From the NCBI RefSeq assembly GCF_006345805.1, contig NW_021827441.1, forward strand, positions 1 through 10,302: DNA of 10,302 bases. Direction: 5' to 3'. Each line of letters opens with the position of its first letter. The stretch's first letter is position 1. Below, piece by piece: positions 1-8,715 of the stretch. The translations under genes and the position numbers were made by a program. The notes under the pieces were generated by a model that saw only the letters and a list, made by a program, of their open reading frames with translations, made no database searches and was not told the DNA's origin. This DNA is from Octopus sinensis (Eukaryota).

Positions 1-53
1 TCTCTCTATCTATCTCTATCTATCTATCATCTTATCTATCTATCTATCTATCT
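1..53. repeat. (TCTA)n tetranucleotide microsatellite, imperfect, runs to window edge
   Basis: Tandem TCTA/TATC units read directly. Confidence 0.95.
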
Positions 54-342
54 AGCATCTATTCTGTTTATTCATTGCTCATTCTCTCTGTCAAAACGTT
101 TTAATGTCAAATTTAATAATTAGTTTAAATATAAATCAAAATTGATTAATAATATACATCATCAGCGATATTTGACGTCGGGTTTGGGAATTTGGCTGCG
201 ATAACGATAAAATATAAACCCTCATGTCATTAAGTTGTCATTGTTCTTCAAAATGATAAATTGGACACAGAATGGTCAATGAAGGTTAAGTGCTGAAACA
301 TCAGCCAAACACTAACGGCCATTGAATTATTCTGATGGTACA

Positions 343-363
343 ATATATATTGTATATATTGTG

Positions 364-428
<65 letters not shown>

Positions 429-431
429 GAC

Positions 432-463
<32 letters not shown>

Positions 464-523
464 TATTATATATATACATATATATATACATATATATATA
501 GCATATTATCTATTACATATATA

Positions 524-567
<44 letters not shown>

Positions 568-751
568 CTATCTATTATCTAATTTATATATATATATATA
601 TATATATAATGCATCTATATATCCACACACACACACACACATATATATATGATATGCTTATGTATGCGGTGTGTGCGTGTGTATGTGCGTGTATATGTGT
701 GTATATGCGTTTATATATATATATACAGATAGATAGATAGATAGATAGATA
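343..751. repeat. Compound microsatellite: imperfect (TA)n ~343-610, (CA)n 623-640, GT/TA mix ~665-725, (AGAT)n 727-751
   Basis: Read directly; it explains the YIYI ORF at 248-433. Confidence 0.95.
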
Positions 752-1051
752 TCTGATCTGCGTCTGAAAATTTTTTGATAGGAAATTTCTTACATGTTTA
801 TTCTAAATGTACAGTTTTGTAATTCCTATTAGGAAATGAAACATGTGTAACGGTGATTAAATAATACAAAAGGTTTTTTTCCAACTTCCTGTTTTAATGT
901 ATGATTATTCTCCAGATAATATTTCTAGAATTTTCAAGTCTAATGCGTAACTCACTTAAAAGTAACAACTCCATACTGGATTACCAAAACTGGAACAAGC
1001 AGACGTGCTTCAAGAGGACACACAATTAATTTTAAACCTACTTACATAATA

Positions 1052-1617
1052 TTGGGTTGTCCGGAAAGTTCGTGCCGATTTTTAAAGGAAAGGAAAAGGT
1101 CAATAAATACTTGCCATTACATTTCCAATCAACCAAATATGAACCATTTTGTTGCACAATGCGCTTCCATCCTTCCTTTGGCTTGAAAATATCTCATTTC
1201 CAGAATTGAGGTGGTTTTATGGCAAAGAATTCATCAAGGTATGTTTTTACGTTATCCAAGGAATTGAAATTTCTACCATTAAGACTACTCTACAGAGACC
1301 TGAATAAGTGGAAATCCGAAGGAGCAATATCTGGTGAATATGGACGGTGGAGTAACACATCCCAGTCGAGCTGCAGCAATTTTTGTCTGGTTCCCAAAGC
1401 ATCAAGTGCCGAAAATGAACTTTCTTATCTTTCACTTTAAAGGGTTACAGAATTAACACAGGTTATAGGAACATAAACATTCTTCCACGAAAAGATAGCT
1501 TAACCTGTGCTCTAAATGGAGGTGTAGTCAAATCCTATTTTATGAACTCAACCATGTTCTAAAAAATGTCGAAAGTTAAGCTACTATAAATCGGTACAAA
1601 CTTTCCGGACAACCCAA
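1052..1617 (-). mobile_element. Internally deleted, non-autonomous mariner (Tc1/mariner, probably mellifera-type), 566 bp
   Basis: TIRs TTGGGTTGTCCGGAAAGTTCGTGCCGATTT (1052-1081) and the reverse complement of 1588-1617 match at 28/30. TA lies at 1050-1051 on the left and CA at 1618-1619 on the right (one side of the TA duplication is mutated). Transposase remnants lie inside. Confidence 0.95.
1125..1435 (-). pseudogene. Mariner transposase remnant: N-terminal 15 codons fused out of frame to the C-terminal ~90 codons
   Basis: 1435-1391 reads (GTG)KDKKVHFRHLMLWE, a mariner N-terminal HFRH motif. After the junction another frame reads RQKLLQLDWDVLLHRPYSPDIAPSDFHLFRSL*SSLNGRNFNSLDNVKTYLDEFFAIKPPQFWK*DIFKPKEGWKRIVQQNGSYLVD, with the mariner YSPD(L/I)APSD motif (YSPD at 1329-1340) and two in-frame stops. 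Confidence 0.93.
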
Positions 1618-1849
1618 CACATAAGCATGTATATACTATAAATGAAATCATACGAACAAAAGGAGAGTATTCGGAACAATTGCAAAATAAAAATTAGCAC
1701 AGTTAACTTATGAATTTACCACTTATTAATATTGGCTTCATGATATAAAGTTTTAAAAAGCCCTGTCAATCGTCGAACACCAAAATATTGATAACTTCTA
1801 CGAAGTTACCAAGAAATATTAGAAAGGAATGAGATTAAATTAAACAATA

Positions 1850-2010
1850 TTTTTTTCTACTCTAGGCACAAGGCTCGAAATTTTGTGAGGAGGTGGCTAG
1901 TCAATTAGATCGACCCCAGTACGCAACTGGTACTTAATTTATCTACCCCGAAAGGCAAAAGTCGACCTCGGCTGCATTGGAACACAGAACGTAGCGGCAG
2001 ACGAAATACC
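1850..2010 (-). mobile_element. SINE with Meta/MESC-like central domain, tail type X, lacking its A-box head (copy M1)
   Basis: Aligns by eye with the copies at 2011-2211, 2928-3050 and 4430-4651 over the shared core (sense AAGTACCAGT-N5-ACTGGGGTCGATCTAAT). The domain name comes from recall of MetaSINE consensus. Confidence 0.85.
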
Positions 2011-2211
2011 TATTTCTGTATTACCCACAGGGGGCTAAACACTGAGGGGACAAACAAGGACAGACAGACGGATTAAGTCGATTACATCGACCCCAGTGCG
2101 TAACTGGTACTTATTTAATCGACCCTGAAAGGATGAAAGGCAAAGTCGACCTCGGCGGAATTTGAACTCAAAACGTAGCGGCAGACGAAATACCGCTAAG
2201 CATTTCGCCGC
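2011..2211 (-). mobile_element. SINE with Meta/MESC-like domain, tail type Y, with a deletion in the head (copy M2)
   Basis: Near reverse complement of 4430-4651, including the tail (GTCCTTGTTTGTCC...TAGCCC...GGG). B-box-like GAGTTCAAATTCC on the minus strand at ~2157-2169. Confidence 0.9.
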
Positions 2212-2485
2212 TTTAAATTAAGCAATATTAGTAAACATTTTTGCATGAACTGGTCACATTTTCTTAGATTTTTTATAAAATCCCTTAAGAGAAAATTGGG
2301 GTGACAGAAAAATTCGAATGTCATTAAAATATCTAGAAGTTTTAAGTTTATCCTTAGTTCAGGGAAAATACAAACAAAACAAACATGTCGGACGTTTGGA
2401 AAATAACGTCTAGTGTATTGAGGAGAGGCTGCATGTTAAAGGAAATTAATAAAATTTAAATGTATGATAGCTAAATGGTGTTTTG

Positions 2486-2789
2486 TGGAGGCACATGGCC
2501 TATTGATTAGAGCAGCAGACTCGCGGTCGAGGGATCGCGGGCTCGAATCTCAGACCGGGCGATATGTGTGTTTATGAGTGAAACACCTAAGCTCCACGCG
2601 GCTCCGGACGAAGGTAATGGTGACCTTCTACTGACTCTTTCGCCACAACTTTCTCTCACTCTTTCCTCCTGCATCTTGCAGCTCACCTGCGACGGACCGG
2701 CGTCCCATCCAGGTGGGGAACCTATACGCCAAGGAAACTGGGAAACCGGCCCTGATGAGCCAGGCATGGCTTGAGAAGGAACAAAAAAC
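2486..2789 (+). mobile_element. Full-length tRNA-derived SINE (copy A: head H1 + V-domain-like 3' part)
   Basis: Perfect 13-bp TSD AAATGGTGTTTTG (2473-2485 and 2790-2802). Degenerate A box TGGCCTATTGA (2496-2506) and B box GGGCTCGAATCT (2539-2550). A-rich end GAACAAAAAAC. Its 5' ~185 bp match 4032-4222. The 3' part CTGCGACGGACCGGCGTCCCATCCAGG resembles the V-SINE domain (recall). Confidence 0.93.
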
Positions 2790-2927
2790 AAATGGTGTTT
2801 TGGTTTAACGGAGACTGGTATGAACAAGATGAGGCTGAAAGACTCTTACATTTTATAAGTTGACAGCCGTTTCAACTGGGTGTGCCGATTAAAACAACGA
2901 TGGTACTAAAAGAAGAGACGGTAAACA

Positions 2928-3050
2928 TTCTTTTCTACTCTAATCACAAGGCCTGAAATGTATGGGGAAGGGGTCAGTCGATTAGATCGACCCCAGTACG
3001 AAACTGGTACTAAATTCATCGATCCCGAAAGGGTGAAAGGCAAAGTCTAC
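2928..3050 (-). mobile_element. 5'-truncated Meta-like SINE, tail type X (copy M3)
   Basis: Colinear with 1850-1965 (TTTCTACTCTA..CACAAGGC..GAAAT...GATTAGATCGACCCCAGTACG.AACTGGTAC). Confidence 0.88.
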
Positions 3051-3825
3051 ACGAAGACACCGTTATCACCTGCTTAACTTTACTCGCTAGTATGAATCGA
3101 AACAAGAGTGGAATGTTTTTCTGTCTCAACCTGTATTTCGAAAAGCTTAACAGGTATGTATGAAAGTGCTGGCATTTTGTAAAATTTCCGATATTGTTTC
3201 AAGATAATTTCCGTAATTGCTAATGTCATTGAAGAGCAGCATTTTCTTGTACATTATTTGGACGCAGCGTATGGTGGACAGCAATCGAGGATTTTCTACT
3301 TCACTACAAATTCAGTTTCATTGGTTTTTTAAAACGTAGTTGTAATTTGCGCTAAAAACAAATTTTATTCATTCACTATTTTTAGGAAATATGTTCATCT
3401 CTCTAACTGTTTCCCTTTTCTTTCGTAATATGCGATGAAGTACAAATAATTCACGGGGTTAAGTTAAACGCACTGATTTTATCTATCTCTACAGCTTTCA
3501 TTGGAACAGACCCAAGGCACTTAAAACTGAGAAATAGACATTGAGATATGACGAGCCCATCGCAGTTAGAATGCAGCGGAGAATGAAATAACTAGCAACA
3601 ACCAGAGCCAAGCCAGCTGGTGACTAGCTTGTGGGCTTTTGTCGAGTAGCTGTCATTGTGTGTCAGATGGAGTGTCGTTGTCAGATCGACTGTTCGTGAG
3701 CTCTGGCCATCGTCATGTCGTCTGGCTCTGATATACAGACATCTAGTCATTCTGCTTGAAGTCATGGCTTAAGCTAAAGCAACTGAAGGGCGGTTTTTAT
3801 TCTTGTCAACGTAAATTTAATCAAT

Positions 3826-3975
3826 GTGGATGTCGGATAAAATGCTTGGCTGTATTTAGGTGCATCTTAATGTTTTGAGTGCAAAAATCGACGAGATTAA
3901 CTTCGTCTCTCATTTATTCTGCAGTCAATATAATAATAAGTACCAGTGAATAACTGGGGCCAATTTAATCGACGA
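3826..3975 (+). mobile_element. Old, strongly diverged Meta-like SINE (copy M5)
   Basis: AAATGCTTGGCTGTATTT resembles head AAATGCTTAGCGGTATTT. TAAGTACCAGTGAATAACTGGGGCCAATTTAATCGAC (3937-3973) resembles the core of 4552-4588. Confidence 0.7.
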
Positions 3976-4031
3976 CTGAATTTCCATCCTTAAAATATTA
4001 GTGATTAGCAGCAACTGCATATATCGATATA

Positions 4032-4415
4032 GTGGAGGCGCAATGGCCCAGTGGTTAGGGCAGCGGACTCGCGGTCGTAGGATCGCGGTTTCGATTCCCA
4101 GACCGGGCGTTGTGAGTGTTTATTGAGCGACAACACCTAAAGCTCCACGAGACTCCGGCAGGGGATGGTGGTGATCCCTGCTGTACTCTTTCACCACAAC
4201 TTTCTCTCACTCTTACTTCCTGTTTCTGTTGTACCTGTATTTCAAAGGGCCAGCCGTGTCACTCTCTGTGTCACGCTGAATATCCCCGAGAACTATGTTA
4301 AGGGTGCACGTGTCTGTGGAGTGCTCAGCCACTTACACGTTAATTTCACGAGCAGGCTGTTCCGTTGATTCGGATCAACCGGAACCCTCATCGTCGTAAC
4401 CGACGGAGTGCTTCC
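4032..4415 (+). mobile_element. Full-length tRNA-derived SINE (copy B: head H1 + tail T2)
   Basis: Perfect 11-bp TSD ATATCGATATA (4021-4031 and 4416-4426). A box TGGCCCAGTGG (4044-4054) and B-box-like GGTTTCGATTCC (4087-4098). Head shared with 2486-2671; tail shared with 9669-9851. Confidence 0.95.
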
Positions 4416-4429
4416 ATATCGATATATTT

Positions 4430-4651
4430 CGAGCTGACAGGAATGTTAGCACGCCGGTCGAAACGTTTGCGGTATTTCGTCCGTCTTTACGTTCTGAGTT
4501 CAAATTCCGCCGAGGCCGACTTTGCCTTTTATCCTTTCGGGGTCGATAAATTAAGTACCAGTTACGCACTGGGGTCGATCTAATCGACTTAATCCGTCTG
4601 TCTGTCCTTGTTTGTCCTCTCTGTGTGTAGCCCTTATGGGCAGTAAAGAAA
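4430..4651 (+). mobile_element. Near full-length Meta-like SINE, tail type Y (copy M4)
   Basis: tRNA-like head with GAGTTCAAATTCC B box (4497-4509), core CCTTTCGGGGTCGATAAATTAAGTACCAGTTACGCACTGGGGTCGAT, and tail matching 2011-2075 in reverse complement. Confidence 0.92.
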
Positions 4652-5002
4652 CATATATATTTCAAAGAGAAAAGTGAAAATGAACTGATTGCTGTTTGAA
4701 AATACCTTTCCTGCAAAGTTGCTGAAAGTGAAGCGTAACAATCGTCAGTCTCTTACAAACCGACTGACTCCGACTAGCGATGATTACCTGACTCCATCCT
4801 CATTTATAAGGATAACTGAGGTGGTGATTAAGGTATTTTTAACAAAAACGTTGGCTCTTGTGTGGAGGAGAGTAGGAATTAGTATGTATGAATATATGTA
4901 TCTACGCATGAATATATATTTGTAGGTACCTGTGCATGCGTGTATGTAGACAGGTCTGTACATGTGTGCGAAAACATGACAGAGGAAATGTGTGGATTTG
5001 TT

Positions 5003-5014
5003 TATATTTGTATG

Positions 5015-5048
<34 letters not shown>

Positions 5049-5493
5049 ATATATATGCGTTGTTATATATGCAGCGTTCATATATGATTCTTTGTGAGTA
5101 TGAGTGTCTCTGCTTGTATGTATAGGTGTCTCTGTTTTTATGTATATGTTTATTTATGCGAGCATATATATATAATATAATATAACATAATATAATATAA
5201 TATACGCTGCTTTATTTTGAGATTGCTAGTGTTAACAATACTCGCAAATAAATATATATATACACACACACACATAAATATACGTAGATATGTGTGTATT
5301 TATGTATACATGTGTGTATGTATCCATATATAGCATACACAGAAGCTCCAGCGCGCACACATATAATAGTGTATATCTGTTTATGGGTTATATGTGCGTT
5401 AGTGGCCATAACTGCATTTGTGAACATACGTACGTATGTCCGACCGTGCGTGTGTGAACGTCTGTGTGTATGAGTGAATGCTTTTATAATCAT

Positions 5494-5537
<44 letters not shown>

Positions 5538-5580
5538 AAATATTTGTATGCCTATACATATATGTATGTGTATGTATGAA
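5003..5580. repeat. Low-complexity block: (TA)n 5003-5056, TA/(TAATA)n ~5164-5203, TA+CA ~5249-5275, (TG)n ~5497-5531, plus degenerate GT/TA sequence
   Basis: Read directly; it explains the YIYI, THTH and CVCV ORFs. Confidence 0.9.
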
Positions 5581-6062
5581 TGCAAGCCTGTCTATATCCG
5601 AGTGTGCTGTTTATTTTCCTTCTCTGTGTTATCACTTCCATCTGAAATAGTCGTTGTTCGGTCTTCTTCGCGCTCTCTCAGCCCCATTCTTACTCTATCT
5701 CTCCAACAGATCGAGACTTCGTTTTTCCTTGTTTTTTTTTTTTTGTTTTTCACTCCTGGGCTTTTCGAATGACACGGGTTACCTGGGTCGCGGCGTATTT
5801 AAGTGTCTGTAAGTGTTTCCGTGTCTGTGTCTCGTGCGTTTAAATGTTTGGTTTTTGCAGCTACAGCATTCCAATTTTTTTTTTTTACAAAAGATTGCAA
5901 TCTTTCATTGCCAAACGTCTAAGAACTTCCATATACAAACACCCATACAAATGTATGCAAATACACGTTTATATACCCGGATTTATTTAAAAAATAATAT
6001 TGGCACACACACGCACATACGCATAGACAATATATATATTTCTTTCAAAGACCTCTCCCGCT

Positions 6063-6094
<32 letters not shown>

Positions 6095-6114
6095 GCATAT
6101 ATATATATATATAT

Positions 6115-6154
<40 letters not shown>

Positions 6155-6330
6155 TATATATATATATATATATATATTATATAGCATGTATGTATATATG
6201 CACATATAACATATATGTAATATTTAAATGTATATACGTGTGTATTATTAGTGTGTAATCTGTAAGTTGTGTGCCGGTATGTATCCATATAAATATATTT
6301 ATACACAAATAAATATATATATATTTTTAA
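6063..6330. repeat. Long imperfect (TA)n (6063-6181) followed by a degenerate TA/GT low-complexity flank
   Basis: Read directly. Confidence 0.92.
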
Positions 6331-6686
6331 CTAAACTTTGGGTGCCATCAAAATAAACAGACGGTTACACACATGAAATAAATATCGATTCCACTTCTTT
6401 GCTCTGACTCGAGTTTCGTCAAACACCTTGTCTCCTCAGTGAGATCAGCAGAAAATCGGCTGAAATTTCTGTTCTATATATTTAAGCCAGAGTTTAGAAT
6501 ATTTCGTTTTTGCATTTGCTTTGCAAGGTTCTTGATGCAAAGTCTTGTGTTGAAGCATTTTCAGTATTTCGTGTACGTCATTATAGCAATATGAAGCACA
6601 CGCACTGATTCCATTTCACTTCTGTATCTTTTATTTGTTAATTCTCTAAGTATTTAATCAATTAACCGGTTGATTGTTTAACCAAT

Positions 6687-6704
6687 TAATCAATCAATCA
6701 ATCA
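6687..6704. repeat. Short (ATCA)n tetranucleotide repeat
   Basis: TAATCAATCAATCAATCA read directly. Confidence 0.8.
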
Positions 6705-7482
6705 GGCTTATCAGAGCCTTTTCCTCATCATTCGCGATTTCATCAAAGGCATACCGTTTCGATTTCAAATAAAGACGTGAAATAGAACCAGTGCGTGTTT
6801 CTTAATAGCATAATGACCCTACCGACATACAGCATAACGTTTAGCTTTCTCATTATGTGTAGCAGAAGCCGTATCACATCAAAATAGCAATCTCTGTATC
6901 ATGTCTATTGCAGATACATCATTGAAAGCCTACTTAACTGCGTTATTCGTTCTGAGATGCTGTATCTTATAGAGGTAGACTTTTAAAAACGCAGAAAAAT
7001 ACCAGTCGTCGTCGATAAACTATCATACATAAGAAGCGGTTGATTGTGTCTTAGCGTATTGTTGCCAGAGGAGAATCACTACTGACGAAGCCCATTTCAC
7101 AGAAATGCACGTTTAACAATGTAATCGTCGCTGCTTGACAATTTTCGTCCGCCATTGATATAATATATCTGCGTGTTTTGGGCCCTTTACGTCTATAAGA
7201 GTGTAGGACTGAATGCCGCAGTTTACCAGACTTTCAACGATCCATCGGCTCAGTGTATTATACACAGACGGAAATTTGATGCGTTGTGGCTGGGAGAAAT
7301 TAAATGGTGTAGAATGTCTATGAGTTTAGGAAAATATACTCAGATGCCTTCGTGCAACGTGACGCAAGAATTAGAATTTGTATCACGTGTTTTCTAATTA
7401 TTCATTTAAACACATAGAAAACAGTTCAGCAGTAAATATAAATGAAAATTATATTTGCATATTATATTTGTATATTATATAA

Positions 7483-7647
7483 GGCGTAGGAGTGGCAGTG
7501 TGGTAAGTAGCTTGCTTACCAGCCATATGGTTCCGGGTTCAGTCCCACCGCGTGGCACCTTGGACAAGTGTCTTCTACTATAGCCTCGGGCCGACCAAAG
7601 CCTTGTGAGTGGATTTGGTAGACGGAAACTGACAGAAGCCAGGCGTG

Positions 7648-7703
<56 letters not shown>

Positions 7704-7717
7704 TGTGTGTGTGTGTG

Positions 7718-7755
<38 letters not shown>

Positions 7756-7936
7756 CTTTGTCCCCCCAACATCGCTTGACAACCGATGGGGGGTGTTTAC
7801 GTCCCCGTAACTTAACGAATAGAATAAATACTAGGCTTCCAAAGAATAAGTCCCGGGGTCGATTTGCTCGTCTAAAGGCGGTGCTCCAGCATGGCTGCAG
7901 TCAAATGACTGAAACAAGTAAAAGAGTAAAAGAGTA
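7483..7936 (+). mobile_element. tRNA-derived CORE-like SINE with internal (TA)n(GT)n microsatellite (copy D)
   Basis: A-box-like TGGCAGTGTGG (7493-7503), B-box-like GGTTCAGTCCC (7536-7546), CORE-like CACCTTGGACAAGTGTCTT, internal microsatellite ~7646-7753, 3' part matching 9165-9340, and tandem AAAGAGTA tail. No clear TSD. Confidence 0.9.
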
Positions 7937-8141
7937 TCGAGATTAAGATATCTTGTCGTTAGAGGATAAATATTTCCCTTTACGTTTATATTTATTTATA
8001 TGCGTTTACTTCTTGCTTTGAGCTGTCCGCTTTCGGCAACATAGACAGAGCGATGCCTCGAACTAAATGACGATGTGTATTTTGGATATTTGTTCTTCAT
8101 GCATATACATGCATATATACATTTGTCTGTCTGTCTCTTTG

Positions 8142-8193
8142 ATATGTGTGTGTGTGTGTGTAAATTTTTCGTTAAACACACACACACACATAT
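8142..8193. repeat. (GT)n and (AC)n tracts in inverted arrangement around a ~15-nt spacer
   Basis: ATATGTGTGTGTGTGTGT ... ACACACACACACACATAT read directly. Confidence 0.8.
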
Positions 8194-8296
8194 ATTATAT
8201 ATAGATGTATGTACAGTAAACATCTGACTATCGCGGATGTTACGTTCTATAACCCCCAACGATAGGTGAAAATCTGCGAATTAGAAACAGTACTGT

Positions 8297-8299
<3 letters not shown>

Positions 8300-8366
<67 letters not shown>
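8300..8366. repeat. Perfect (TA)n microsatellite; a second imperfect TA tract follows at ~8530-8574
   Basis: Read directly. Confidence 0.97.
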
Positions 8367-8368
<2 letters not shown>

Positions 8369-8500
8369 GAGCAATCTCAAGATTAATCAGCCGAAATTGC
8401 GAAGATGATCCGGTTCTTGACTGATGACTGAGGGCTTCGAATGTCCCGTCTGTGGTCTTGTGTCGTCTTCTAGGTGTTTCACGTTTCTTCTCCCAGTTTT
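8367..8500. mobile_element. ~130-bp complex insert between TA tracts; possible Penelope-like retroelement terminal fragment
   Basis: Abrupt GC-richer sequence bounded by (TA)n on both sides. The Penelope-like assignment is an inference from recall and from the TA-repeat context. Confidence 0.35.
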
Positions 8501-8613
8501 ATATATATTGTTTACATTTTACGTATTAGATATTATATATATATATTATATATTATATATATATATATATATATCTTTCTATAGTTAATAATTATTTTAT
8601 TATTTCTATATAT

Positions 8614-8715
8614 TTAATCTTTATAAACTCTCCCCACACTCTTAGGAGTACTCGTTTCTTCTCTTTTTTCGCGGGTTAGGAACATAGTGATGGGCGGTTG
8701 CTGGCGATTCTTTGT
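8614..8715 (-). pseudogene. Tigger/pogo-like transposase C-terminal remnant TKNRQQPPITMFLTREKREETSTPKSVGRVYKD*
   Basis: Translated by hand; lies inside Tigger-type TIRs. The family match rests on recall. Confidence 0.6.

Noticed and set aside
1219-1440. Plus-strand 73-aa ORF
   Set aside because: It is the antisense frame of the mariner transposase remnant.
1644-1767. EIIRTKGEYSEQL peptide, AATAAA, then ...CCCTGT, faintly like the 3' end of a Tc1/maT-type element
   Set aside because: Too short and diverged; no partner TIR or catalytic motif.
2752-2780. CTGATGA-GCCA-GGCA-TGGC hammerhead-like start in the SINE A tail
   Set aside because: The hairpin is followed by TTGAGAA rather than GAAA, and stems I and III are absent. 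It is better explained as the SINE 3' stem-loop.
3600-3642. Small hairpin AGAGCC-AAGCCAG...CTAGCTT-GTG-GGCTTT as a pre-miRNA
   Set aside because: The stem is too short and interrupted, and I recognise no mature miRNA sequence.
2507-4716. ORFs 2507-2827, 2568-2774, 4116-4301, 4165-4368, 4365-4583, 4375-4716
   Set aside because: They lie within TSD-bounded or multi-copy SINEs and have no protein motifs.
4689-4925. 78-aa plus-strand ORF (and 7173-7397, 74 aa)
   Set aside because: Non-ATG starts, no recognisable motif, and lengths within chance expectation.
7448-7480. 13-bp tandem ATTATATTTG(C/T)AT repeat before SINE D as a TSD or CRISPR-like repeat
   Set aside because: It is a simple local slippage duplication, with no copy after the SINE and no spacers; the context is eukaryotic.
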